A DNA stretch of 64,000 bases from a bacterium (GTDB taxonomy: Bacteria > Pseudomonadota > Alphaproteobacteria > SP197). Shown here piece after piece: positions 19,949-30,245 of the stretch (positions are counted from its first letter, which is position 1; the number at the start of each line of letters is the position of its first letter). Made by a program: the position numbers and the translations under genes. Location of the stretch: positions 26,857 through 90,856 of the forward strand of contig JAPPGE010000088.1 in assembly GCA_028821455.1 (NCBI GenBank), read 5' to 3'. The notes under the pieces are model-generated. The model searched no databases, was not told where the DNA came from, and was given only the letters and a program-made list of their open reading frames with translations.

Positions 19949-21199
19949 ATGCGTCACCCTCAGTCGCTCGGAGAGATCGTCGAGAACGGGCTGTGCCTGG
20001 GGTGTGGTCTGTGCCAGGCCATTGCCGGCAGGGACAAGGTCGCGATGGACTGGATCGATCCACCAGGGCGCCTGCGTCCGGTGATCCGCCAGCACCTGGA
20101 CGAGGCGAGCGAGCGAGCCATTCTCGAGGCCTGCCCTGGCATGCGGCTTGACGGCGCCCCCGATCCTGTCCGGCATGGCGACACGGTGGCCATGGATCCG
20201 GCATTCGGGCCCTGGATCCGTGTCTGGAAGGGTCACGCCAGTGACCCTTCCATCCGTCACATGGCGTCTTCGGGCGGAGCACTGACGGCGCTCGCAATTC
20301 ACCTCCTCGACAGCGGTGCCGTCGACTTCATCAGCCACGTCAGTGCCGACGAAATCCGCCCCTTGCGTTCCCGCAGCCATGTCTCGCGGACACGCGATGA
20401 CGTGTTGGCGGCAGCTGGATCGCGCTACGGTCCAGTGGCGCCCCTGGACCGCTTTACGGAACTCCTCGATGAGGGCCGCCCCTTCGCCGTCATCGGCAAA
20501 CCCTGCGACATCTCCGGCGTCCACAATTACGCCAGACAAGACTCCAGGGTCGGCGAACTTGTCTACGCGACACTGGCGTTTTCCTGCGGCACCTTCGCAG
20601 ACCTCGACTGTTCTCGGCAGATGCTCGAGCGGGTGGGATTTCCAGGAGGCGCCATGGGGGAAGAGAACCTTTCACTGTTTCGCTACCGCGGCTACGGCTG
20701 CCCCGGTCCCACCCGGGCGGTTGATCGCGACGGCAGGATCTTCGACGAGGACTATCTCGACTTCTGGTACGGGCCACAGGGCTGGACCTTCCAGTTCCGC
20801 TGCCGGATCTGCGCCGATCCCACGGGAGAGACGACGGATGTCACGGTGGCGGATGCCTGGCCCGGCGGAGCGCCGGAAAGGAACGAGGAAGGTGGATGGA
20901 GCACATTCATCAGCCGCACCGGCCGCGGCGATGCCCTGATGCAGGGGGCCATCGATGCCGGCGTGCTCGTTGTCGAGGAACACGACATGTCTCTCATGCA
21001 CGAGGTCCAGCCTCACCAGGTGGAGAAGAAACAGGCGATCAATGCCCGCCTGGAGGCCATGGCCGAAGAAGGATGCGTCATGCCCGAGTTCCGCAACCTC
21101 AATCTTGACGAGGCCGCGGCGCAGCGTGACCGCGCCTTCCACGAGAACAACCGGGCCGGCATGCGGGAACGGCTTTCCCGGGGTCTGAACCGGGAATAG
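19949..21199 (+). CDS. coenzyme F420 hydrogenase/dehydrogenase beta-subunit-like Fe-S flavoprotein (FrhB/FdhB family)
   Basis: N-terminal Cys cluster (CLGCGLCQAIAGRD) followed by an FrhB-like core. Stop is 1 nt before the ACAD... actually starts 2 nt after the ACAD stop. Confidence 0.65.
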   Translation: MRHPQSLGEIVENGLCLGCGLCQAIAGRDKVAMDWIDPPGRLRPVIRQHLDEASERAILEACPGMRLDGAPDPVRHGDTVAMDPAFGPWIRVWKGHASDPSIRHMASSGGALTALAIHLLDSGAVDFISHVSADEIRPLRSRSHVSRTRDDVLAAAGSRYGPVAPLDRFTELLDEGRPFAVIGKPCDISGVHNYARQDSRVGELVYATLAFSCGTFADLDCSRQMLERVGFPGGAMGEENLSLFRYRGYGCPGPTRAVDRDGRIFDEDYLDFWYGPQGWTFQFRCRICADPTGETTDVTVADAWPGGAPERNEEGGWSTFISRTGRGDALMQGAIDAGVLVVEEHDMSLMHEVQPHQVEKKQAINARLEAMAEEGCVMPEFRNLNLDEAAAQRDRAFHENNRAGMRERLSRGLNRE

Positions 21200-21208
21200 A
21201 GGCGCCAG

Positions 21209-21994
21209 GTGGGTTCATCCTCCATCTTCCGTTCCGGACTCCTTGACGGGAGCCATGTGTTCGTCACCGGCGGCGGCACCGGCATCGGTTTCGGCTGCGC
21301 CCGGGAACTTGGTCTGCTTGGCGCGAGAATCACGATTGCAGCGCGTCGCCAGCAGGTCCTCGAGGAGGCATGCGGCGAACTGGCCGGACAAGGCATCGAT
21401 GCCGCCTTCCAGGTTCTCAACATCCGTGACGACTCGGCCTGCCAGGAGGTTCTCCGGACGACCATCCGGGAGCGCGGGCTGCCCGATTATCTCGTCAACA
21501 ACGCCGGTGGCCAGTTCTCGGCCAGAGCGCAGGACATCTCGGCCAACGGCTTCAGGGCCGTCATGGATCTCAATGTCCAGGGCACCTGGCATATGAGCAG
21601 TGCCTTTGCCCGGGCGCATCGCGCCAGTGGTACGCCGGGCCGCATCGTCAACATCGTCTTCGCCCACACTAGGGCGATGGAGCATTTTGCCCACGGCGCC
21701 GCCGCCCGCGCCGCGGTTGTCAATCTGACGCGCACCCTGGCCCTCGAATGGAGCGATCACCGGATTCTCGTCAACGCGGTCGGGCCCGGTGCGGTCATGA
21801 CCGAAGGCATGCGTCAGTACGACGCATTCGACAGCGGTGAGACGGCAAGCCGCGCCTTCCCGGTACCGCGTCTCGGCACTCCCGACGACATCGCCTGGAT
21901 GGTCGCCTACCTCCTCTCCCCCGCCGGCGACTGGATCACCGGCAGCATCTTCACCATCGACGGCGGCGCCAGCCTCGGCCGCCGTGAGCGCTGA
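21209..21994 (+). CDS. short-chain dehydrogenase/reductase
   Basis: GTG start. TGGGTGIG cofactor motif and NNAG motif; classical SDR length. Confidence 0.85.
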   Translation: MGSSSIFRSGLLDGSHVFVTGGGTGIGFGCARELGLLGARITIAARRQQVLEEACGELAGQGIDAAFQVLNIRDDSACQEVLRTTIRERGLPDYLVNNAGGQFSARAQDISANGFRAVMDLNVQGTWHMSSAFARAHRASGTPGRIVNIVFAHTRAMEHFAHGAAARAAVVNLTRTLALEWSDHRILVNAVGPGAVMTEGMRQYDAFDSGETASRAFPVPRLGTPDDIAWMVAYLLSPAGDWITGSIFTIDGGASLGRRER

Positions 21995-22144
21995 AGGCGC
22001 TGTCATCGTCTCGGTCTTCGCCCAGGTGCTGGCCATGCTCGTGGCGTGGATCCCCGCTGGCGACTTGACGCCGGCCTGACGAAGTTCAACCCTCTCGCAG
22101 GCCGCACGGTCCCCTCGGTTTTGCCACAGCGCCGGAGGCCACTC

Positions 22145-23176
22145 ATGCCCGTCGCAACGACCTGTATCGGCGCCTATCCCAAACCGGCCTACGTGCCGCA
22201 CATGGCCTGGTTCCACGGTAGCGCGCAAACCGGCGAGGCGGACGCGCTGGAACTGTCGCCCGGGGAGCGACAGGCCATCCTCGATCGCGCGACACGGGAG
22301 GTGGTGGCAGAACAGGATTCGATCGGCATCGACATCCCGACGGACGGCGAGATCCGCAGGGCGAACTACATCCACTACCACTGCGCCCACCTCCACGGCT
22401 TCGAGCTTGACACGCTGACCGAGTGCACGATGCGCAATGGAGCCTGGACGGCCGAAGTGCCGAGCTTCACCGGCCGGATCAGGGCGGGCGCGCCGTTCCT
22501 GGTGCGGGATTGGACGATCGCGCAGAGCGCGACCGCAAGGCCCGTCAAGATAACGGTGCCCGGACCGCTGACGGTCTCGGATTCAACCGCCAACCTCTTC
22601 TATCCTGATCGCCGTTCTTGGTGCGCCGATCTCGCCGATGCGCTCAACGTCGAGATCCGCCGCCTGGCGGAAGCGGGCTGCCGGCACATTCAGGTCGACG
22701 AACCGCTCTTCGCGCGTTTGCCGGACGAGGCCCTTGAATTCGGGGTCGAGAACCTCGAGCGGTGCTTTCACGGCGTTCCCGACGACGTCACCCGCACGAT
22801 GCACATGTGTTGCGGCTATCCCGACAGACTTGACGAGACCGACTACGTGAAGGCCGATCCGGAGGTCTATGAGAAACTGGCCGGCGCGGTGAACGCCAGT
22901 CTCGTCGACGCGGTCTCAATCGAGGATGCTCACCGGCACAACGACCTCGGGCTGCTCGAAGCCTTCGCCGACACCACTGTCGTTCTCGGGGTTGTCGAGA
23001 TTGCGTCCAGCCGCGTTGAGACATTCGAAGGGATCGTCTGTCGCCTCCGTGAAGCACTCAACCACATCGATGCCGAGCGCCTGATGGCCGCGCCTGACTG
23101 TGGCCTCATCATGCTGGGCTCGGATCTGGCACGCGCCAAGCTCCGGAGACTCGTCAAGGCCGCACGCGCGGTCTGA
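22145..23176 (+). CDS. cobalamin-independent methionine-synthase-like (MetE/UroD-fold) methyltransferase-family protein
   Basis: Internal ATG 22145 (MPVATTCIGAYPKP). Resembles the MetE C-terminal catalytic barrel, with a His/Cys/Glu Zn-ligand-like pattern (H..C..E...CG). Confidence 0.65.
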   Translation: MPVATTCIGAYPKPAYVPHMAWFHGSAQTGEADALELSPGERQAILDRATREVVAEQDSIGIDIPTDGEIRRANYIHYHCAHLHGFELDTLTECTMRNGAWTAEVPSFTGRIRAGAPFLVRDWTIAQSATARPVKITVPGPLTVSDSTANLFYPDRRSWCADLADALNVEIRRLAEAGCRHIQVDEPLFARLPDEALEFGVENLERCFHGVPDDVTRTMHMCCGYPDRLDETDYVKADPEVYEKLAGAVNASLVDAVSIEDAHRHNDLGLLEAFADTTVVLGVVEIASSRVETFEGIVCRLREALNHIDAERLMAAPDCGLIMLGSDLARAKLRRLVKAARAV

Positions 23177-23440
23177 TCAGCTTCGTTGGTGAAGTCTCGA
23201 GTCCGCACGGTGCCAATCCCGCCATCTACCTGAGAAAACCAGGATCAGGCCTCGCTACTCGGCGTTCAGTCAGGTCCTCACCAGGCGCAGCAGCCATGTC
23301 CTTGGCCTGCTCGTCCCGGCAGGACGGAGCGCGACACGGAGCGCGACATGTGTGTTGTTGTGATGGTTCGCCGCCACGGATCAATCGGTCGTCATGGCAT
23401 CATGCCGGTCAACCTGAGAACGATCGCCTGGCACATCGAT

Positions 23441-23779
23441 TCAGCTGCCGCGGTAGGTGGTGTAGCCCCACGGGCTTGCCAGGAGGGGAACATGCCAGTG
23501 CCGTGACACGTCGGTGATGCGGAAGCGAACCGGCACCTGCTCAAGGAACCCCGGAGCCAGCCCTCTCCAGGCGAAATAGGCGCCGATATCGAAGACGGTC
23601 TCGAAGTGACCCTGGCGCACGTTCTCCATGAGCGGCCGGTCCGTGCGGCCGTCGTCGTTGGTGACAGCCGACGCAATGACCCGGCGCTCGTTGCCGACCA
23701 ATTCGAAGAGAGTGATGGCGACCCCGGCAGCCGGGTGTCCCGAAGCGGTATCAAGAACGTGGGTCGTCAATCCTGGCAT
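23441..23779 (-). CDS. hiuH: 5-hydroxyisourate hydrolase (transthyretin family)
   Basis: 112 aa, C-terminal YRGS signature, HVLDT motif, GGGAGG-type RBS. The longer track ORF was trimmed to this ATG. Confidence 0.85.
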   Translation of the reverse strand: MPGLTTHVLDTASGHPAAGVAITLFELVGNERRVIASAVTNDDGRTDRPLMENVRQGHFETVFDIGAYFAWRGLAPGFLEQVPVRFRITDVSRHWHVPLLASPWGYTTYRGS

Positions 23780-23855
23780 GGCCCTTCCCTCCCCCGGAGA
23801 AATCCCTCGCGTGCTGGACACATCCGATGCCGGTGTTACCTTTGCAGCGACCACC

Positions 23856-24794
23856 ATGCAACGAATGCTCTCCTTGCCGCCAGACACTCCCTACCCGCGA
23901 GACATGAAGGGCTACGGCGCCATGCCACCCGATCCGGCCTGGCCGGAAGGCGCCCGCCTCGCGGTGCAGTTCGTCATCAACTACGAGGAAGGTGGCGAGA
24001 ACTGCGTGCTTCACGGCGATGTCGCATCCGAGGCCTTCCTCTCGGAGATCGTGGCCGCCACGCCAATCGAAGGCATGCGTCACATGAGCATGGAGTCGCT
24101 CTACGAATACGGCAGCCGGGTGGGGGTGTGGCGGCTGTTCCGGCTGTTCCGGGAACAGGCGATACCGGTCACCGTTTTCGGCGTCGCCATGGCCCTCGAA
24201 CGCAACCCCGAGGTGGCGGAACGGGCGATGGAGGCAGACTTCGAGATCTGCTCCCACGGCTATCGCTGGATCGATTACCAGAAGGTGGGGGAAGACGAAG
24301 AGCGCGAACACATGGAGCGCGCCATCGCCATCCAGACGAAGCTGACCGGCCAGCGGCCGCTGGGGTGGTACACCGGGCGAACCAGTCCGAACACGCGCCG
24401 CCTCGTCGTCGAGGAAGGCGGATTTCTTTATGATGCCGATGATTACAGCGACGAGCTTCCATTCTGGACGACAGTCGGGAACAGACCGCATCTCGTCGTT
24501 CCCTATACACTCGATGTCAACGACATGCGCTTTGCCACTCCTCAGGGGTTCAACTCCGGCGACCAGTTCTTCACCTATCTCAAGGACACGTTCGATGTCC
24601 TGTGGCAGGAGGGTGGCAGGATGCTGTCGGTCGGGCTGCATTGCCGCCTCGCCGGACGTCCCGGACGCATTGGCGCCCTGAAACGCTTTGTCGACCACGC
24701 ACGACGCCATGAGGGTGTCTGGTTCTGCAGACGCATCGACATCGCCCGTCATTGGCGGGCGCGGTTCCCTCCTCCCGCCAATGGGAACGGTTGA
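23856..24794 (+). CDS. puuE: allantoinase PuuE (polysaccharide-deacetylase family)
   Basis: TPYPRDMKGYG..PP..WPEGARLAVQFVINYEEG N-terminus is diagnostic of PuuE. About 312 aa. Confidence 0.85.
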   Translation: MQRMLSLPPDTPYPRDMKGYGAMPPDPAWPEGARLAVQFVINYEEGGENCVLHGDVASEAFLSEIVAATPIEGMRHMSMESLYEYGSRVGVWRLFRLFREQAIPVTVFGVAMALERNPEVAERAMEADFEICSHGYRWIDYQKVGEDEEREHMERAIAIQTKLTGQRPLGWYTGRTSPNTRRLVVEEGGFLYDADDYSDELPFWTTVGNRPHLVVPYTLDVNDMRFATPQGFNSGDQFFTYLKDTFDVLWQEGGRMLSVGLHCRLAGRPGRIGALKRFVDHARRHEGVWFCRRIDIARHWRARFPPPANGNG

Positions 24795-25311
24795 CGTGCC
24801 GGCGCTCACGCTCGAAGCGATCAATCGAGCCGATGCAGACGGGTTCACGGCCGTGCTCGGGGACGTCTTCGAAAGCTCTCCGTGGTTCGCCCGGCGCGCC
24901 CATCGCCACGGGCCCTTCACATCAACTGCGGCATTGATCCGCGCCATGACACGGGTTCTTGACGAGGCGGCCGACGAGGAAAAACTCGCTTTCATCCGGG
25001 CCCATCCCGACCTTGCCGGCAAGGCGGCCAGGGCACGTGACCTTGAACCCGATTCGACACGCGAGCAGGCGAGTGCCGGACTCGACCGCCTGTCGGATGC
25101 GGACTTCACTCTTTTCATGGATCTCAACCGCAGGTATCGGGAAAAATTCGGTTTTCCCTTCATCATCGCGGTCCGCGATCACACACTCGACAGCATCATC
25201 GAGGCGTTCCATCGGCGGCTCGAAAGTGATCCGCAAACCGAGATGGCGGAAGCACTGGCCAACATCGCGCGGATCGTCAGCCTGCGCATCAGGGAAAGGA
25301 TCGGGAAGTAG
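24781..25311 (+). CDS. uraD: 2-oxo-4-hydroxy-4-carboxy-5-ureidoimidazoline (OHCU) decarboxylase
   Basis: 176 aa, ATG 24781 overlapping the puuE stop by 14 nt. UraD-like pattern (FESSPWFA...AHP.L). Confidence 0.8.
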   Translation: MGTVDVPALTLEAINRADADGFTAVLGDVFESSPWFARRAHRHGPFTSTAALIRAMTRVLDEAADEEKLAFIRAHPDLAGKAARARDLEPDSTREQASAGLDRLSDADFTLFMDLNRRYREKFGFPFIIAVRDHTLDSIIEAFHRRLESDPQTEMAEALANIARIVSLRIRERIGK

Positions 25312-25316
25312 GCGCC

Positions 25317-26516
25317 ATGGAAACCGCCATTCTCGACTGGGCCAATCTCGTCATCCGCTGGACTCACGTCATCGTCGGTATCGCCTGGATCGGCACGTCC
25401 TTTCTCTTCATGTGGCTCGATGCCCATCTCGAGAAACCCGAACCCGGCAAGAAGGGTATCGAGGGCGAACTGTGGATGGTGCACAGCGGCGGATTCTACG
25501 AGGTCAACAAGTATCTTGTGGCACCAGCGGCCATCCCGCGCACCCTGCACTGGTTCAAGTGGGAAGCGGGATTCACCGGAATCACCGGTGTCATGCTGCT
25601 CGCCATCGTCTACTACCTCGGTGCCGAGTCCTATCTGATAGAGGCGGGCTCCGGATCGCTTAGCCGCCTGCAGGCGGTGGGAATCGGGATTGCCACCCTG
25701 GTGGTGGGCTGGTTCGCCTATGACGCCCTCTTCGCATCGCGTGCCGGTGCCGACAATCCCCTGCCTGCCAATGTGCTTTCCATCGTCGTACTCGTGGCCG
25801 TCGCCATTGCCCTGACGCAGATCTTCACGGGCCGCGCGGCCTACATGCATGTCGGCGCACTGATCGGCATTGTCATGGTCATCAATGTCTTCGTGCGCAT
25901 CATTCCGGCCCAGAGCAAGCTGATTGCCGCCCGTCTCGCCGGAGAGGAACCAGATCCCCTGCTTGGAAGACAGGCCAAGCAGCGCTCGGTTCACAACAAC
26001 TACCTGACGTTGCCGGTTGTTTTCATCATGATCAGCAGCCATTACCCGATGACGTTCGGACACTCCCTGAACTGGCTGCTTCTGATCGCCATCTCGCTTT
26101 CCGGAGCCCTGGTGCGTCACTGGTTCAACCTTCGCAATGCCGGCAGGTCCCAGCCCTGGCCCCTGGCAGCCGCCGTCTTCCCCTTCCTGGGGGCGGCCAT
26201 CATTGCCTCCTGGCCGGCTCTCGAGAGAGGATCGACAGAGACTGCCACCCAACGGGTCGCCTTCAGCGAGGTCCGGCAGATCATCAACGAACGTTGTCTT
26301 TCCTGCCATGCGGCCGAACCTCGCCACGAGAACTTCGACGCCGCGCCGAAGGATGTCCGCTTCAACACTGCTGCCGAGATCCTGAGCCACGTCGAGGCAA
26401 TCAGAATTACCACGGTGGAAACCGACACCATGCCGCTTGGCAACGAGACTGGCATGACACCCGAGGAACGACGGCTTCTCGGACTCTGGATCCGTCATGG
26501 CGCCGCCACTCAATAG
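25317..26516 (+). CDS. puuD: membrane-bound cytochrome-c urate hydroxylase PuuD
   Basis: Polytopic N-terminal membrane domain plus C-terminal c-type haem motif CLSCH. Genomic context with hiuH/puuE/uraD. Confidence 0.75.
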   Translation: METAILDWANLVIRWTHVIVGIAWIGTSFLFMWLDAHLEKPEPGKKGIEGELWMVHSGGFYEVNKYLVAPAAIPRTLHWFKWEAGFTGITGVMLLAIVYYLGAESYLIEAGSGSLSRLQAVGIGIATLVVGWFAYDALFASRAGADNPLPANVLSIVVLVAVAIALTQIFTGRAAYMHVGALIGIVMVINVFVRIIPAQSKLIAARLAGEEPDPLLGRQAKQRSVHNNYLTLPVVFIMISSHYPMTFGHSLNWLLLIAISLSGALVRHWFNLRNAGRSQPWPLAAAVFPFLGAAIIASWPALERGSTETATQRVAFSEVRQIINERCLSCHAAEPRHENFDAAPKDVRFNTAAEILSHVEAIRITTVETDTMPLGNETGMTPEERRLLGLWIRHGAATQ

Positions 26517-26535
26517 GTCCGGCCAGGAGACGGGC

Positions 26536-27936
26536 GTGCGTTTCCTGCTGAACGGCAGGGAGCATGTGGCCCCGTCCGCCTTACCAACGATGACGGCGCT
26601 GGACTACCTGCGCGGCGAAGCCGGCCTCAGGGGCACCAAGGAGGGATGCGCGGAGGGAGATTGCGGCGCCTGCACTGTTGTCATGGTGCGCCACGGCGGC
26701 ACCCGGCCCGAAGCCATCAACGCATGCCTCTACACCCTGGGCCAGCTTGACGGCGCCAGTCTCGTGACCGTCGAGGGGCTGTCCGGCAGGGACGAGGCTC
26801 CCGATCCCGTCCAGCAGGCGATGATATCCAGTCATGCAAGCCAGTGCGGGTTCTGCACTCCGGGATTTGTCATGGCACTCTGGGCGTTGCGCCAGGAGGG
26901 CGGGGCCCCGGATGACGATGCCATTCACGAGGCTCTCGCCGGCAATCTCTGCCGCTGCACGGGCTACCGCCCGATCGTCGAGGCGGCGCGCCAGGCGTGC
27001 CGGAATGCCCCGCCGGATCAGGAAGTTCCCGACAGGGCAACGCCGGCACCGCAGGAATCGCTGACTACCGGGGATGCCCTGTGGCTTGCACCAGCGACCC
27101 TTGACGGACTGCTCACCCTCAAACGGTCCCATTCCGGAGCCTTGCTACTTGCCGGCGGCACGGATGTCGGCCTGCAATTCAGCAAGGAACGCCGTCACGC
27201 TGCGGTCACCATCTCCACCTCCCACGTGCGGGAATTGCGCCTCATGAGTGAAACGGCCGATGCGCTCCACATCGGCGCTGCAGTGACGATCTCGGAGGCA
27301 CTGCCCGCATGCGAGGAGGCCTGGCCTGCCTTGGGCGCCATCATGCGCCGCTTCGGATCGCGGCAGATCCGCAATGTCGCTACCGTTGCCGGCAATCTCG
27401 CCAACGCCTCACCGATCGGTGATCTCGCGCCCTGTCTCATGGCGCTGGACGCGGCACTGGATCTCGCGGGACCTGATGGCGAACGTCGCATACCCCTGGA
27501 AGGGTTCTTCCGTGCCTACCGTCGCACCGCGCTCGGTGACGCAGAGGTCATCACCAGGATCAGAATCCCAAGGCCCGCAGATAGAAGTGTCTTTCGTGCC
27601 TGGAAGATCTCGAAGCGCCATGATCAGGACATCTCGGCGGTGATTGGCGCTTTCCGCGTCATTCTTCGCGACGACCGTATCGCGGACATGCGAATCGCTT
27701 TCGGCGGCATGGCGGCAGTGCCGGCCCGGGCACTCGAAACCGAGCGCGCCCTGATCGATCAGACATGGTCGGAGGGCACCCTCAGAGACGCTGGAGGCGC
27801 CCTGGAGCGCGATTTCACGCCCATCGACGATCAACGGGCCAGTGCCGCCTATCGTCTCAGGGTTGCCGCCAATCTCCTCATCCGTCTCTATCGAGATGTG
27901 GCGGGAGAGTCGGCGGTCGAGGTGAACCAGACATGA
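26536..27936 (+). CDS. xdhA: xanthine dehydrogenase small subunit (2Fe-2S / FAD-binding)
   Basis: GTG 26536 preceded by AGGAGA. The track's ATG 26497 is an alternative start overlapping puuD. Two [2Fe-2S] cysteine motifs (CAEGDCGAC, CGFCTPG) and a CO-dehydrogenase-type FAD domain. Confidence 0.85.
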   Translation: MRFLLNGREHVAPSALPTMTALDYLRGEAGLRGTKEGCAEGDCGACTVVMVRHGGTRPEAINACLYTLGQLDGASLVTVEGLSGRDEAPDPVQQAMISSHASQCGFCTPGFVMALWALRQEGGAPDDDAIHEALAGNLCRCTGYRPIVEAARQACRNAPPDQEVPDRATPAPQESLTTGDALWLAPATLDGLLTLKRSHSGALLLAGGTDVGLQFSKERRHAAVTISTSHVRELRLMSETADALHIGAAVTISEALPACEEAWPALGAIMRRFGSRQIRNVATVAGNLANASPIGDLAPCLMALDAALDLAGPDGERRIPLEGFFRAYRRTALGDAEVITRIRIPRPADRSVFRAWKISKRHDQDISAVIGAFRVILRDDRIADMRIAFGGMAAVPARALETERALIDQTWSEGTLRDAGGALERDFTPIDDQRASAAYRLRVAANLLIRLYRDVAGESAVEVNQT

Positions 27937-30245
27937 ATGCCTCAGATGCAGCGGTGTTCGCCAGGGCCGCCCATGACAGCGCCCTGGAGCATGTCACCGG
28001 CAGGGCACGATTCATCGATGACATGCCGGAGCTTCCAGGCACCCTCGAGGTGGTACTCGTGACCTCCCCCCATGCCCATGCCGACATCGTCGGCATCGAC
28101 CTAGCGCTGGCACGCGCCTCGCCCGGCGTCCACGCCGTGCTGACAGCCGCCGACATTCCGGGGACCAACGACATAGGTCCGATCACTGACAGCGAACCGG
28201 CAATCGCATGCGACGTGGCAGAGTATGCCGGAGCGCCTGTGGCCGCGGTTGCCGCCACGACCTTTGATCAGGCCTTCACGGCAGCCGGTCTTGTCAAGGT
28301 CACCTGGTCGCAGCGTCCCGCTCTCCTCACCATCGATGAGGCCCTCGGGCACGAAGCCTACACGTCCCCACCACAGACCATGAAGCGCGGCGATTCCGGC
28401 GCGGCGATTGCCGGAGCGCGCCACCGGATCAGCGGCGAGGTGCGTTGCGGCGGCCAGGATCACTTCTATCTCGAAAGTCACATCGCCCTTGCGGTGCCGC
28501 GCGACAACGGCGACCTCGACGTCTTAAGTTCCACCCAGCATCCGACGGAAGTCCAGCACGCCGTGGCGGCGGTCCTCGGCATCCCGTTTTCTTCCGTCAC
28601 GGTCGAAGTGCGGCGAATGGGCGGCGGCTTCGGTGGCAAGGAGAGCCAGGCATCGATCATCGCCGCAATCGCCGCGCTCGTGGCCGCGAAGACCGGTCTA
28701 CCGGCCAAGCTCCGGCTCAGAAGGGATGCCGACATGATCGTCACCGGCAAACGCCACGACGGTCTCTTCCGCTACACAGCGGGGTTCGATTCCCGGGGCA
28801 GGATTGAAGGTGTCGACATCATGATCGCGCTGAAGGCAGGCAATGTCGCCGATCTGAGTTCCTCGGTTCTCACCCGCGCCATGTGCCATGTCGACAACTG
28901 CTACTTCCTCCCGAACATCACCGTGCGCGGCTATCCCTGCCGGACCAACACGGTGTCCAACACGGCATTCCGCGGGTTCGGTGGCCCCCAGGGCATGCTC
29001 GCCATCGAAACGGTCGTCGAGCATGTCGCCCGACACCTTGGCCTCGACGTCGACGACGTGCGCGACGCCAACTGGTACGGAACTGAAGACCGCAACACGA
29101 CACCCTATGGCCAGCAGGTCTCCCACAACCTCATCGGCACCATCGTCACCAGGCTGCGAAGCGCCGCAGACTGGGAGGGAACCCGCCGGGACATCGAGCG
29201 CTTCAACGCCGCAAACCGGACGCTGAAGAAGGGTATTGCGATGATGCCCGCGAAGTTCGGCATCTCCTTCAACGTGCCGCGTCTCAACCAGGCTGGTGCT
29301 CTCGTCCATGTCTATACGGACGGCAGTGTCCATCTCAACCATGGCGGCACCGAGATGGGACAGGGCCTTTTCATCAAGGTCGCCCAGGTGGTCGCCTCGG
29401 TCTTCGGCATCGCTCTGGGAGACGTCAAGGTTTCGGCCACGCGCACCGACAAGGTCCCGAACACGGTGGCTACCGCGGCCTCGTCGGGATCGGACCTCAA
29501 CGGCATGGCAGCCTTCAACGCCGCCACAACGATCAGGAATCGCATGGCGGATGTCGCCGCACGGATACTGGGCGCCACGGTTGACGCCATCGAGTTCCGC
29601 CACGGGCGTGTCTACGCCGGCAACGAGAGCCTCTCCTTCGCCCGCCTTGCGGAACTCTCCTGGGACGAACGGGTGTCGCTCTCCGCCACCGGCTACTATG
29701 CCACGCCGGGTATCACCTGGGATGCCGACACCATGACGGGCCATCCCGCGCATTACTACACGTTCGGCGCCGCCATTGCGGTCGTGGTGATCGACACCCT
29801 GACCGGAGAATCGCGGGTCCTGAAGACCGACATCCTCCAGGACTGCGGCGCATCACTCAATCCCGCCATCGACATCGGACAGATCGAGGGGGGATTTGTC
29901 CAGGGACAGGGCTGGCTGACTTCCGAGGAACTGGTGTGGAATGCCGACGGACACCTTCTGACCCATGGGCCCTCGACCTACAAGATTCCCGGAAGTCGCG
30001 ATGTCGCGCCGGATTTCAATGTCCACATCCTGCCCGACATGCCCAATCCGGTGCCGACCATCTACCGCTCGAAGGCGGTCGGCGAACCGCCTCTCCTGCT
30101 CGCCATTTCGGTGTGGCTCGCCATCCGCGATGCTGTCGCGCGCCTTGCCGGATACCGTCATCTGCCACGCCTCGATGCTCCGGCGACGCCGGAGGCCATC
30201 CTCATGGCGGTTGACGACATTCTCGCCCGCGACTCCTGCCGGTGA
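27933..30245 (+). CDS. xdhB: xanthine dehydrogenase molybdopterin-binding subunit
   Basis: ATGA overlap with xdhA. Aldehyde-oxidase/XDH Mo-cofactor domain pattern (GGGFGGKE, catalytic Glu region near the C-terminus). Confidence 0.85.
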   Translation: MNASDAAVFARAAHDSALEHVTGRARFIDDMPELPGTLEVVLVTSPHAHADIVGIDLALARASPGVHAVLTAADIPGTNDIGPITDSEPAIACDVAEYAGAPVAAVAATTFDQAFTAAGLVKVTWSQRPALLTIDEALGHEAYTSPPQTMKRGDSGAAIAGARHRISGEVRCGGQDHFYLESHIALAVPRDNGDLDVLSSTQHPTEVQHAVAAVLGIPFSSVTVEVRRMGGGFGGKESQASIIAAIAALVAAKTGLPAKLRLRRDADMIVTGKRHDGLFRYTAGFDSRGRIEGVDIMIALKAGNVADLSSSVLTRAMCHVDNCYFLPNITVRGYPCRTNTVSNTAFRGFGGPQGMLAIETVVEHVARHLGLDVDDVRDANWYGTEDRNTTPYGQQVSHNLIGTIVTRLRSAADWEGTRRDIERFNAANRTLKKGIAMMPAKFGISFNVPRLNQAGALVHVYTDGSVHLNHGGTEMGQGLFIKVAQVVASVFGIALGDVKVSATRTDKVPNTVATAASSGSDLNGMAAFNAATTIRNRMADVAARILGATVDAIEFRHGRVYAGNESLSFARLAELSWDERVSLSATGYYATPGITWDADTMTGHPAHYYTFGAAIAVVVIDTLTGESRVLKTDILQDCGASLNPAIDIGQIEGGFVQGQGWLTSEELVWNADGHLLTHGPSTYKIPGSRDVAPDFNVHILPDMPNPVPTIYRSKAVGEPPLLLAISVWLAIRDAVARLAGYRHLPRLDAPATPEAILMAVDDILARDSCR

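Noticed and set aside
27765-27932. Track start for xdhB at 27765
   Set aside because: That N-terminal extension overlaps the xdhA 3' end. The ATG at 27933 (MNASD..) shares ATGA with the xdhA stop and gives the expected XdhB N-terminus.
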